Virus record (IMG/VR): IMGVR_UViG_3300020050_015720
DNA: 64,000 nt
Reading direction: 5' to 3' (one strand)
Source: a virus
Lineage: Duplodnaviria > Heunggongvirae > Uroviricota > Caudoviricetes
The stretch's first letter is position 1. Each line of letters begins with the position of its first letter. The translations under genes were made by a program, and so were the position numbers. Under the pieces are notes generated by a model. The model searched no databases. It was not told the DNA's origin and saw only the letters and a list, made by a program, of their open reading frames with translations. Shown piece after piece: positions 1 to 9,494 of this stretch.

Positions 1-21
1 GTTTCAAAGGAGAACTTTAGG

Positions 22-366
22 ATGATACTAAAACTCTACCACAACCTAATTTATCGAGAAATTGTTGCCGGAAGAATTGTTAAATTTCCACACGGAGCAG
101 GGCTCTTAGGACTATTTAAACGCCCCACAGGAAAGATAATAGACTATGGACATTACCAAAAGACAGGAGAAAAACGAATTAGAATAAATTTACATTCCGA
201 TGAGTATAGGATAGCCGCAAAGTGGTTCCACGTTAGCCCTGTCTATCTAAGAGGAGTAATGTCCTTCAAATTAAAAAGGCAACAAGCTCGCCGGCTAGCT
301 CAACACATAAAAACAGAGCCAGCAGTTTATAAATATAGAAGTTTAAATGAAAAGCATATCAATTAA
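22..366 (+). CDS. hypothetical protein (114 aa)
   Basis: ATG at 22 and TAA at 364-366. Its end overlaps the start of the next ORF. No recognisable motifs. Confidence 0.5.
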   Translation: MILKLYHNLIYREIVAGRIVKFPHGAGLLGLFKRPTGKIIDYGHYQKTGEKRIRINLHSDEYRIAAKWFHVSPVYLRGVMSFKLKRQQARRLAQHIKTEPAVYKYRSLNEKHIN

Positions 367-1048
367 ATCCGTACTTGCTGGCCTCAGTCTTTCCGTTGAT
401 GATCGTTATTGGAACGAAGCTGTCATGTTAGAGCATGCCGCAAAAGGATTTTTACAAATGAATCTGGAGAGTCGCTACGAAGCTAAGACAGCTATTGTTG
501 AGGTTGTTGAACACAAAGCAACAGCTCCAGAAGATTTAAAGTATATTGTACAAGTACTCGCCATTGATAACAACAAGACATATCGTATGCGCGCTTCTAC
601 AAATACATTTATAACAGGAATATGTGTTGACAGCACACTATGTCTTTGCAATAACTGTACCTATGAATTTCACCTTTCTCCTGGTGGTGTGTTTACTACC
701 AGCTTTAGAACAGGCCAATTGAATATAAGTTATTTAGCAGTACCTGTTGATGAAGATGGTGATATTCTTATCCCTGACGATGAGACTGTAAAAGAGGCCC
801 TTACTCATTATGTACTATATAAGTATTGGCTAGCTAAGGATCTTATGAAAGAAGAGGGAGCCACGCAGAGGGTCAGTTTCCATCTTAGTATGTGGTCAAC
901 TTTATCTAAGAAGGCCCTTAACTTAAATCTTCCTGAACTATCTGTGTTAGAAAATATAAAGAATCAACGTAATAGATTAGTCCCAAGAACACGTGCCTTT
1001 GATGGATTGTTTGGAGGACTAAGTAGTCAAGAAAACATAGGATTCTAA
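347..1048 (+). CDS. hypothetical protein (233 aa)
   Basis: Intact ORF. Its TAA stop overlaps the ATG of the next gene (TAATG at 1046-1050), which suggests translational coupling. Confidence 0.6.
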   Translation: MKSISIKSVLAGLSLSVDDRYWNEAVMLEHAAKGFLQMNLESRYEAKTAIVEVVEHKATAPEDLKYIVQVLAIDNNKTYRMRASTNTFITGICVDSTLCLCNNCTYEFHLSPGGVFTTSFRTGQLNISYLAVPVDEDGDILIPDDETVKEALTHYVLYKYWLAKDLMKEEGATQRVSFHLSMWSTLSKKALNLNLPELSVLENIKNQRNRLVPRTRAFDGLFGGLSSQENIGF

Positions 1049-4000
1049 TGGATAATTTATTTACAAAAGGCCTAAATACGGACTCTCACCCAAAATACCA
1101 AGAAGAAGGATCTTATAGGTTTGCTCTAAATGCGGTGTTAGAAACAACACAAGGCCATCTTCCTTCCATTTCTAGTGAGGGTGGCAACCAAACTTGTTCT
1201 ACAAATTTTACTGGCAACAAGAAGATAATAGGTTCTGTAGTTAACGAACATGATGATGTCATACTGTTTCTATATGATCCATTAGGTCAACACGAAATAG
1301 GAAAATTAAACTCAGCCACCTGCACTTACTCAACGATACTTGTTGCACCATGCCTTAATTTTTCTGATAAGTATCCTATTAATGCTCTGTATAAGCTAAG
1401 AAATGGGTGTGATCCTTATGTCTATTTTACTGATAATCTCAATACCTATAAAGTTCTAAATCTAAACGATCTAGCACAATACGAATTAGGAGGCAGTTAC
1501 TGGTGCCCAAAGATGGATTTCTCAAGAGATTACTTTATCCCTTGCTTTAATCTTTATAAAGGTACAAATAATTCCGGCATAGTTGAGAATGCTGGTGGAC
1601 AGCTGGAGATAGGTGTCTACTATTTTGCAGTTAGGTTTCTGGATAAATATCAGAATGCTACTCAATGGACCATTGTTACCAGACCAGTAGCAATAGCAGA
1701 TGAACCCTATAGTTATCATGGGAGCACAGCAACTGTACACATGTATGATGGGGGATCAAATGTTCCTGATTCAGACTCCTTTGTAAATAAGACCAATAAG
1801 GCCATCTCCTTTCTAATAACAGGTACAGACGATTTATTTGATTACTATCAAGTGGCTGTTATAAAGAGAACAAGCGATGAAGGAGAAATATCTGGTGTTG
1901 ATCTGCTCCATGCTCAGCCATGGATAAATGGTACAGCCGCTTTTCTGTACACAGGAACAGCTGACCAGATAAAAGGTAGTGTGACACTTGACGATATTTT
2001 AACTCCAACAGTTCAAATAAAGAAGATCGCTGCTCAGGCTTTCAACATGGACAAGCTGTTTTTAGCTAATTCATCCAAAGCTTACAAAGACTACACAAAG
2101 TACCAACAGTACGCTTCAAAAATAAAAACTGAATTTGTAAAGGTACCCATCAACTCTGATATAGATTATAAGAGCAAGATGGCTAGTTATTATTTTGGTG
2201 ACGGCTCTCTTATGGAAGATGAGGTCTACCCTTTCGGTATTGTGTATGTATTTAATACTGGCCAAGTTTCTCCTGTATTTTATACTGTAGGAAGAGCCGC
2301 TGATACAGACATTCCAGTAAATGGAGCTAACCCATATATAGGCACTGGGGGTGTTGCTACAGACGGCAATCCTTGGGATACTGGCATAAAGCAATATGGA
2401 GAGGGTACAGTCTATACTAGACGTTGGGGACAAATATCAACAGCTGTACAATATGGTGCCTCCTTAACAGGACTTCCTGGTTACCATGAATCAGATAATG
2501 CTACTTATCCTGACATACCAACTTGTGAGAATTTACCAGATGGTTACTGGGGAAGAGATTGGCACGGGAATCTTATAGTTCCAGGTGTTACCAAAATTCG
2601 TCATCATAGGATGCCAGGAGCCGAAATACGTGATGGGTCTGGCGCTGCTCATGCTTTTAGGACAGGTGTTAAGTTTTCTAATGTAGAATACCCACCAGAC
2701 GAAGACATCGTAGGGCACTACTTTGTTTATGGCGACAGAACCTTTGAGAGGCGAATACTAGCTAAAGGAGCATTTATTCCAATTCATGCAGCCTCAAGAC
2801 AAATACTTGATCCTTCAACAATATCTGCTACTGATTATGTGCCCACTCCACCACCAAATACAGGGATACTGAAAAATCTCTACGCCTTTATTAGCAGTGA
2901 TCTTTTACTAAATGAAAAGACAAGCAGAGGTGCATTTGTTAAGTTCGAGAAGATATATTGGGATGCAAATCAAATAGCAAATAATGCTTCTATTACAGAA
3001 AGCGCACTCCTCCCAGATCAGTTATTAGATCAAAATGATGACTATAAAGGAACAGTAGATGCTACCACACAATTTAGGTATTTCACTAAATATGCTAATC
3101 CCAGTGAAACTAATCTAGTGCATGGTATGCGTACCGACATCTTTTGTCCAAAGTCCTACCCTGGTGCACAAGAAGGCAATGAAGTGTATGAGCCCTTATC
3201 AAATACTACATTTATAAATAATAGTATTAATACAAATTTCCAGATAATTAGGCTCAATTCTGGCGCGGCAGACATACAAAATGCTGGCGGAAATTGGAGA
3301 GGAAAATTGTACTACGGGGCCATCTATCAATATTTAGATGTGTTCTCTAATTTATTTGAGGTGAAATTTAAACGCTTCAATAACTGCTTATCAAGAGAAG
3401 GTTCTCCTAGTACCTCATTTACTATGTATGGTGGAGACACAGCGGTTTCTCGGTTAACAATGGTTGACTTTAACTACCGTCAAACAGGCGTACCGGTATC
3501 AGGAGATAGTGATTCTGTGACTTTGGATTATGATACATATATGTTGTCTTTTCCGACACAAGATACTCTGCTTAATTATGGATTTAGACACGGTTCAAAA
3601 ACTAAAAGAGAATTCTCCTATTTCCAACCAAAGAATCCGCCTACGATGGCTGACAATCACCAGCATCTAAGGAATTACATGAAGCAGAAACTGTACAAGG
3701 TCGCAGACAAATCTTTCGCCTACTACCAAGAACGGTACCTATATAATAAATCTTATTCTTTCTTAGATGGGATAGTTTATGATTACCCAGTTCAATTTGC
3801 TTATCAATATTGTAATATGTGTATTGAAGATCACCCATATAGGGTATATGCTTCCCAAACAGATGACAATGAGAGTTTAGTTGATAAGAGTAGAATTATC
3901 TTACAGAACAATTATACGGATAAAATAGGGGGAACAACTGGACCAATAACTGACTTATTTGTAAATTTTGGACATCTGTATGCTACAACAACTAGATCAG

Positions 4001-5268
4001 TTTACAGATTACCAGTGCAAGCGCAAACGCTCCAAACTGATATAGATAATGTGTATCTAGGTACTGGGGAAGTTTTTAGTATTCCGCCAATGGAACTAAA
4101 GAACAGTAATCTTGCCTTTGCAGGTCAGGCTCATTTCTCATCTAGAATTCAAACGGAATATGGTGCTGCTTATATTGATTCCTTAGCAGGGCACCCGCTA
4201 TTATTAACAGATAAATTAAATGATTTATCCTTAACTGGAATACGTAATTTCTGGCAAGAAAATGGAGAACTTGAGTATCTAAAGCAATTTGAACAGTTAA
4301 CTAGCACAAAGTTTCCATATATATCTCACGCTTCACCTATAGGGGTTGGTTATAAAACAACCTATGATCCCAGGCATAAACGATTATTAGTGCATAAACG
4401 AGATTTCAAGTTGCTACCCCAGTGGACAAACAAGTTTGTTTACTACCCAACTGAATATGATCTTCCAGCACTGTATACTACGCCCGATAAGATATTCTTT
4501 AATGGTCACTCCTTTTACTATAATCCCCCAACAGGTACCGTTCAAAGTATTGATTTTGATAACATAACTTATTTTGAGAATAGGTCTTTCACGTTATCTT
4601 ATTCTTTTATAAATCAACACTGGACTTCTTTTCATTCGTATCTTCCAAACTATTTGTTTGCTAATTCAAATACCTTCTTTACACAAAATGGGTATAGTGA
4701 AATCTACAAACACTTCGATGGAAATTATCAGACTTTTTACGGGTCTAAGTATCCGCACATAATTGATCTCATAGCATTTAAGAATCCAAAAGAAGCGAAG
4801 GTAACCTCTTCAATAGACTACTCGGCTCTGGCTTTTGCAAAAAGTGCAAATACATTAGAAGAATATCCTACGAAAGAAACGTATAATACGGTAATATTCT
4901 ATAACAGCACCCAAAGCACAGGAGAACAACCACTTGTCCAGCCTTCTAATTTTCAGATGGATACTTTTAATACTCTATCCCTAGTCAAGAAGACCGATAG
5001 ACAGTGGCGAATAAACAACATACGCGACCTGACAATCGCACCTACGCAACCTATTTGGGATTCTTCTTGGGCAGCCAAAGCGTCCTCTCCGTTTTCCTAC
5101 ATAGATAAGACAGTTAATTTTTCAAATATAGATCCAGAAAAACCTTTATATGAAAGTGCCCGTTTTAGGGATTACTACTTAGGCGTAAGGTTGTTCTTTA
5201 ATCCAACAGAAGACAGTAAAATAACTTTAGACCTGCTTGGAACACAAATTCAAAATCGTAATCGATAA
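1048..5268 (+). CDS. large virion/tail-associated protein (1406 aa), function unknown
   Basis: 4.2-kb uninterrupted ORF in the structural-type block. TAA stop is fused to the next ATG (TAATG at 5266-5270). No catalytic motif recognised. Confidence 0.75.
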   Translation: MDNLFTKGLNTDSHPKYQEEGSYRFALNAVLETTQGHLPSISSEGGNQTCSTNFTGNKKIIGSVVNEHDDVILFLYDPLGQHEIGKLNSATCTYSTILVAPCLNFSDKYPINALYKLRNGCDPYVYFTDNLNTYKVLNLNDLAQYELGGSYWCPKMDFSRDYFIPCFNLYKGTNNSGIVENAGGQLEIGVYYFAVRFLDKYQNATQWTIVTRPVAIADEPYSYHGSTATVHMYDGGSNVPDSDSFVNKTNKAISFLITGTDDLFDYYQVAVIKRTSDEGEISGVDLLHAQPWINGTAAFLYTGTADQIKGSVTLDDILTPTVQIKKIAAQAFNMDKLFLANSSKAYKDYTKYQQYASKIKTEFVKVPINSDIDYKSKMASYYFGDGSLMEDEVYPFGIVYVFNTGQVSPVFYTVGRAADTDIPVNGANPYIGTGGVATDGNPWDTGIKQYGEGTVYTRRWGQISTAVQYGASLTGLPGYHESDNATYPDIPTCENLPDGYWGRDWHGNLIVPGVTKIRHHRMPGAEIRDGSGAAHAFRTGVKFSNVEYPPDEDIVGHYFVYGDRTFERRILAKGAFIPIHAASRQILDPSTISATDYVPTPPPNTGILKNLYAFISSDLLLNEKTSRGAFVKFEKIYWDANQIANNASITESALLPDQLLDQNDDYKGTVDATTQFRYFTKYANPSETNLVHGMRTDIFCPKSYPGAQEGNEVYEPLSNTTFINNSINTNFQIIRLNSGAADIQNAGGNWRGKLYYGAIYQYLDVFSNLFEVKFKRFNNCLSREGSPSTSFTMYGGDTAVSRLTMVDFNYRQTGVPVSGDSDSVTLDYDTYMLSFPTQDTLLNYGFRHGSKTKREFSYFQPKNPPTMADNHQHLRNYMKQKLYKVADKSFAYYQERYLYNKSYSFLDGIVYDYPVQFAYQYCNMCIEDHPYRVYASQTDDNESLVDKSRIILQNNYTDKIGGTTGPITDLFVNFGHLYATTTRSVYRLPVQAQTLQTDIDNVYLGTGEVFSIPPMELKNSNLAFAGQAHFSSRIQTEYGAAYIDSLAGHPLLLTDKLNDLSLTGIRNFWQENGELEYLKQFEQLTSTKFPYISHASPIGVGYKTTYDPRHKRLLVHKRDFKLLPQWTNKFVYYPTEYDLPALYTTPDKIFFNGHSFYYNPPTGTVQSIDFDNITYFENRSFTLSYSFINQHWTSFHSYLPNYLFANSNTFFTQNGYSEIYKHFDGNYQTFYGSKYPHIIDLIAFKNPKEAKVTSSIDYSALAFAKSANTLEEYPTKETYNTVIFYNSTQSTGEQPLVQPSNFQMDTFNTLSLVKKTDRQWRINNIRDLTIAPTQPIWDSSWAAKASSPFSYIDKTVNFSNIDPEKPLYESARFRDYYLGVRLFFNPTEDSKITLDLLGTQIQNRNR

Positions 5269-7604
5269 TGAAAACAAAATCCCAAAAAAAGTATTTTTCA
5301 GGCGGAGCCATTAGCTCTGTAGTTGGGCTAGCAACAAATGCGGCTCAACAATTATTAAGTGTAAGTAGCTATGAAGCTGACGCAACACAAGATCCCTATA
5401 AAGTGAATTGGGGTAATGTTGTGTCTTCTGGGGGTATAGGGCTAATCTCCGAACTTCTTAAAAAGAAGAAAGATGAAAGACAACGTGCTCAGATGGTGTT
5501 ATCAGCTACTCCAGGAGCATACGCAAATGGCGGCCCTGTTTATAGTCCCACTATCACCAATCCTCCCGTTTCAAATGTTACACCGACTGTTTTGCCTACG
5601 CAACAATTGAGTGTACTAAAAGCCTTAGCTGGCCAATTACAAGTACCAATAGTTAAAAAGGATGGTGTATCAGGACACAGTAAAAGTAAATCAACTTTTA
5701 GAGAAAGGGCATATGGAGGCACATTAGATCAGCAACTTTCTTCTTCGGCAGCTTTAGTTCAGGGGAATCCTCAACAAACTGATGGCAATTACTATCCTAA
5801 TCTAAATGCTAAATTAGACCATGGAGAGGTTGTAAAGAATAGATTTGTTTATTCAAATCAACTAACAGATCCAAAGACAAATCAATCATTTGCATCTTTG
5901 GCTAGATTATCAGAGATTGCTGCGGGTAAAGCAGAGAAAAGACTCAAGACAACTCCTTATGATAGTATTAGTCAGAATACTATCGAATTTGCAAACAAGG
6001 CTAATCAAAGTTTAGCTACCACTCAAGAAGGTGTGGCTACAAGATTAGGGCTAAGAGGAAACACTAATAGTTATGCTACTGGTGGCTCCATGGACCCAGG
6101 TGATCCAGAGTATCCTTATATGCTTGTGGAACAACAAAAAATGGGGTTATATACTGGAACGTATTATGATCCGTATAAGGATCGTTTTTTAAAACGGGAT
6201 AGAATGGGAGAATATTCAGTTATTAGTGATGCTGGCCCAGGATTACGCAATAAGCTTTCAAGAGAAGCGATTGAACAACACAAGCAACAATATCCCATTA
6301 ATGCTCAAACACAACAAGCAAACACACCAAGAATTCAAGAGACAGTAGATTTTGAAGATCCAATAGCCAATTTAAAGAATCAACTTTCTTTTCAGTTGAG
6401 AGAACCAAGTGGACCAACAACTCAATATTCAGCAAAAAATCCCGCTCCATATATGCTTTTAGAAAAACGTAATATGGGATTATATACTGGAAATTACTAT
6501 GATCCATATACAGACAGATTCTTAAAAAGAGATCGCATGGGTGAGTATACCGTTATAGAAGACGCAGGACCAGGGTTACGAAATAAATTAACCCGCGCAG
6601 CTATTGAACAACATAAGCGTAAGTATCCTATGGAGAACACCCAAACTCAATGGAAAGTGCCTGATGGAACGCCCCTGAGTAGCCAAGGGCAGATTATTCC
6701 TTACACTAAAGAGCCTGTAAGTCCTAATACTAAAGAGCCTGTAAGTCCTAATACTAAAGAGCCTGTAAAAGGGGCATTACCACCTACACAAAGTGCAGGG
6801 GTTCCACAATCAAGAGCAAGAACTGTAGCAGAAACTTCTCCAACGAATACTCTTGGAGTACTGCGCATGCCAGAAGATGGAAGTTTGGATAATAGTTTCG
6901 GTGTATTAGCTAATCAAGGATTGACTATGAAACCTTTTGAGCAACTGCCGATGACTAATAATAAAGTAGAGAGTATTAGAAAAACTACAGGAACAACTAG
7001 TCCTTCTGAGGCTTTAAAAGTTCTAAACAATACAACTGGACAACAGAGGACTGGTAGTGCGGAGAAATTTACAATAGGGGATGCTCTTCAGGGTGTTGAA
7101 GTATTGTCTAAATTTGGGCAATTGGCAGGAGGACCAGAAAGAGAAAAAGCTCAATATGACAATACTTCTATAACTAAAAGGATATTTGATCCTACGCAGG
7201 CTTTGTATCAAAGTCAAAGAAGTTTCGATAGCAGTCTTTCTAATTTAGAGGTTGGGTCTATAAATGCTCGTAGGGCTTTTGCTAATAGAATGCTAGCAAC
7301 AAAATTAAATGCTGACAGTCAGGTAGCAACTCAGTACGGACAAATGAATGCTGGAGCTCTAACTGAATATGAGGGAAGAATCTCCAATCAGAGGCGCTAC
7401 AATAATGCGCAAACACAAACAACAAATGAAATAAATGCTCAAAATAGAGCTGCCTATAAGGAAGCCGTAGATACAGCATTTAATTCTCTTGGTAATTTTG
7501 GACAGGCCTTAAATGCCAAGAAACAGGGATACGATCAAATTCAAATTCTAAAAAGTATGTATCCAGAAGTTTATAAAAGAATCCTAAACAGTTATGGCGG
7601 TTAA
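5268..7604 (+). CDS. 778-aa Ser/Thr/Gln/Asn-rich virion-associated protein with internal duplications
   Basis: Intact ORF with low-complexity composition. Contains a duplicated ~62-aa module and a PVSPNTKE tandem repeat. TAA stop. Confidence 0.75.
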   Translation: MKTKSQKKYFSGGAISSVVGLATNAAQQLLSVSSYEADATQDPYKVNWGNVVSSGGIGLISELLKKKKDERQRAQMVLSATPGAYANGGPVYSPTITNPPVSNVTPTVLPTQQLSVLKALAGQLQVPIVKKDGVSGHSKSKSTFRERAYGGTLDQQLSSSAALVQGNPQQTDGNYYPNLNAKLDHGEVVKNRFVYSNQLTDPKTNQSFASLARLSEIAAGKAEKRLKTTPYDSISQNTIEFANKANQSLATTQEGVATRLGLRGNTNSYATGGSMDPGDPEYPYMLVEQQKMGLYTGTYYDPYKDRFLKRDRMGEYSVISDAGPGLRNKLSREAIEQHKQQYPINAQTQQANTPRIQETVDFEDPIANLKNQLSFQLREPSGPTTQYSAKNPAPYMLLEKRNMGLYTGNYYDPYTDRFLKRDRMGEYTVIEDAGPGLRNKLTRAAIEQHKRKYPMENTQTQWKVPDGTPLSSQGQIIPYTKEPVSPNTKEPVSPNTKEPVKGALPPTQSAGVPQSRARTVAETSPTNTLGVLRMPEDGSLDNSFGVLANQGLTMKPFEQLPMTNNKVESIRKTTGTTSPSEALKVLNNTTGQQRTGSAEKFTIGDALQGVEVLSKFGQLAGGPEREKAQYDNTSITKRIFDPTQALYQSQRSFDSSLSNLEVGSINARRAFANRMLATKLNADSQVATQYGQMNAGALTEYEGRISNQRRYNNAQTQTTNEINAQNRAAYKEAVDTAFNSLGNFGQALNAKKQGYDQIQILKSMYPEVYKRILNSYGG
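6115..6637 (+). repeat. diverged tandem duplication of a ~62-aa module (PYML..MGLYTG.YYDPY.DRFLKRDRMGEY.VI.DAGPGLRNKL.R.AIEQHK..YP). Copies lie at about 6115-6300 and 6452-6637.
   Basis: The two peptide segments are roughly 75% identical when read directly from the translation of ORF 5268..7604. Confidence 0.7.
6704..6768 (+). repeat. 24-nt tandem repeat (tactaaagagcctgtaagtcctaa), about 2.7 copies, encoding (T)KEPVSPN repeats
   Basis: Near-perfect direct repeats visible in the sequence at 6704-6727, 6728-6751 and a partial copy at 6752-6768. Confidence 0.85.
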
Positions 7605-9492
7605 TAGATTTTATAAAGGAACACCCTATAAGGGATCATTATATGTTCCTCCTGTTGAGTTTGTTGCCGCAGCTTTGGAAACAGCTCAGAAGCAATACGA
7701 TGTTAACTTCGCTGAAAGTGAAGCATTAAGGAACAAATATGTAAAGGCACTTCCGCAAGATAGAGCCAGAGCTACAGAACTTGAAAAACAGCTTAGAGAT
7801 CGAATTGACCAGGTTGCGACTACTTACGGGGGTGATTATTCACAAGCAACAAAAGAACTGATTGCTTTAAAGAGGGAGGCAAATGATCTATTTTCACCTA
7901 ATGGTGAAGCAGGAGCTATTGAAAGAAACTACTCACAGGTAGAAGACTCCTTAGCCAGAGAAAGAAAACGACTAGCCTCTGGAGAGATAGATTCTGCGCA
8001 ACTTAATCTTCTTCAAAATTACTATGAGAAGCAGGGACCAACTACTTTTGATCCAAATACGCGAAGCTACTCTCAAGTACAAGTGAAGGATCTTCCAAAA
8101 ACTTATGACATTCACAAAGAATTTGAGGAGTATATGAGCAAGGTAAAGCCTAGAACTATGGAAATCTCTGTACTAACAGGGCAGAAAACTATCGATGGTT
8201 ATCACGAATTTAAAAAAGAGAAAGTAACAAAGATAGATCCAAGTGAAGCTGCTGCCGGCTGGAGAGGTAAATTAAATAACGATCTTCAGTTTCTAAGTTA
8301 CGCACAATCTCTTGCGGAATTGTCAGGAACAGACACTAATACCTTTATCGAGGGAGTTGCAAAGCAGTATGAACAGGACGTTATTCCCGCAAGAACAGGA
8401 ATCATAGAATACTCAGGAGCACTTGATTACAAAGAAGACTGGATTCAAAAAGAGAATCTTCGGTTTGCGCATAGTAAAACTTTGAAAGCTATTGAACACC
8501 GAAATGCTTTAAGTCGGATTGACTATAAACATAATCTGGATACGCAAGATCAAACAGAACTAACGCCTAGCGAGTTTACTTTAGGTAAACAGTTAGCACC
8601 TACTTATCCAGAATTAAGTAAAGAAGTGTATCAACCTGCTGGAGGAACATCCTATAGAGATATAGAGACAGGAAAGACAAGAGGCAAAACACAGCCTGCT
8701 ACGTATGCTTATTATATGTCTAATAAAAATACCAACGTTAACAAAGAGATGTTGAAGTCTATAAAAATTGCTAATCCAAATGCCTCGGATAGTGAACTTA
8801 TAGATATGTATAATGTAGCTAGAAAGGATACTAAGTATACTCGAATCCACTATTATCCTTTTAAAACAACTGCGGCACAACAAGAAGAAGCTAATAGATT
8901 ACTTCCTGGGTTAGCTGCTGGTACTTACAGAGTTTATAAGCAAGGCCCCTCAGGAGATATAGTAGAAGTAGAAAATCTTGAGGATAAGATAGAAATAGGC
9001 AGAAATTTGCGAGATAAGGATAATCCTCTAAAGTCAAAGTATCCAGCCGTAGGAAAAGCAATGGGCTTTACTGGTCACGTGCCTTCGGGCTCTACTATCC
9101 TACCCGCACAAGATGCTCTTGGAACTGTTTATTATGTAGCAGAACCAAAGACAAATATTGTACGAGCTAACGAAGAGTTAACTAAAAAGGCTTTTGGCTA
9201 TGTAAAAGACGGTCGTCAAACTGGTGACTATTTTGAAATAGGAGATAAAGCAACTGGAAAAGCTGTAGGACTAGTGGGGGTAACTCACTATGAAAACGGT
9301 GAACCTATGCGTATATTCTACGGGGCTAGAAAAGACGGCAAAGAAGTGAACTTCAATGATCCTCTAACTATTGATGGGCGCATAGCTGAACCACAAGATC
9401 TGGAGCGGCTTCTCTTTGATGATGAAACTATAAAGAAATTGTTTCCAATAAAAACTAAATCAGCTTATGAAGCTGAGTTTATAACACAATAA
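7594..9492 (+). CDS. hypothetical virion-associated protein (632 aa)
   Basis: Intact ORF whose ATG overlaps the end of the previous gene. TAA stop at 9490-9492. Next gene starts 3 nt downstream. Confidence 0.75.
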   Translation: MAVNRFYKGTPYKGSLYVPPVEFVAAALETAQKQYDVNFAESEALRNKYVKALPQDRARATELEKQLRDRIDQVATTYGGDYSQATKELIALKREANDLFSPNGEAGAIERNYSQVEDSLARERKRLASGEIDSAQLNLLQNYYEKQGPTTFDPNTRSYSQVQVKDLPKTYDIHKEFEEYMSKVKPRTMEISVLTGQKTIDGYHEFKKEKVTKIDPSEAAAGWRGKLNNDLQFLSYAQSLAELSGTDTNTFIEGVAKQYEQDVIPARTGIIEYSGALDYKEDWIQKENLRFAHSKTLKAIEHRNALSRIDYKHNLDTQDQTELTPSEFTLGKQLAPTYPELSKEVYQPAGGTSYRDIETGKTRGKTQPATYAYYMSNKNTNVNKEMLKSIKIANPNASDSELIDMYNVARKDTKYTRIHYYPFKTTAAQQEEANRLLPGLAAGTYRVYKQGPSGDIVEVENLEDKIEIGRNLRDKDNPLKSKYPAVGKAMGFTGHVPSGSTILPAQDALGTVYYVAEPKTNIVRANEELTKKAFGYVKDGRQTGDYFEIGDKATGKAVGLVGVTHYENGEPMRIFYGARKDGKEVNFNDPLTIDGRIAEPQDLERLLFDDETIKKLFPIKTKSAYEAEFITQ

Positions 9493-9494
9493 TT

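Noticed and set aside
6704-6768. Possible CRISPR-like or satellite repeat
   Set aside because: The 24-nt units are contiguous with no spacers and lie in-frame inside a CDS, encoding a peptide repeat. This is not a CRISPR array.
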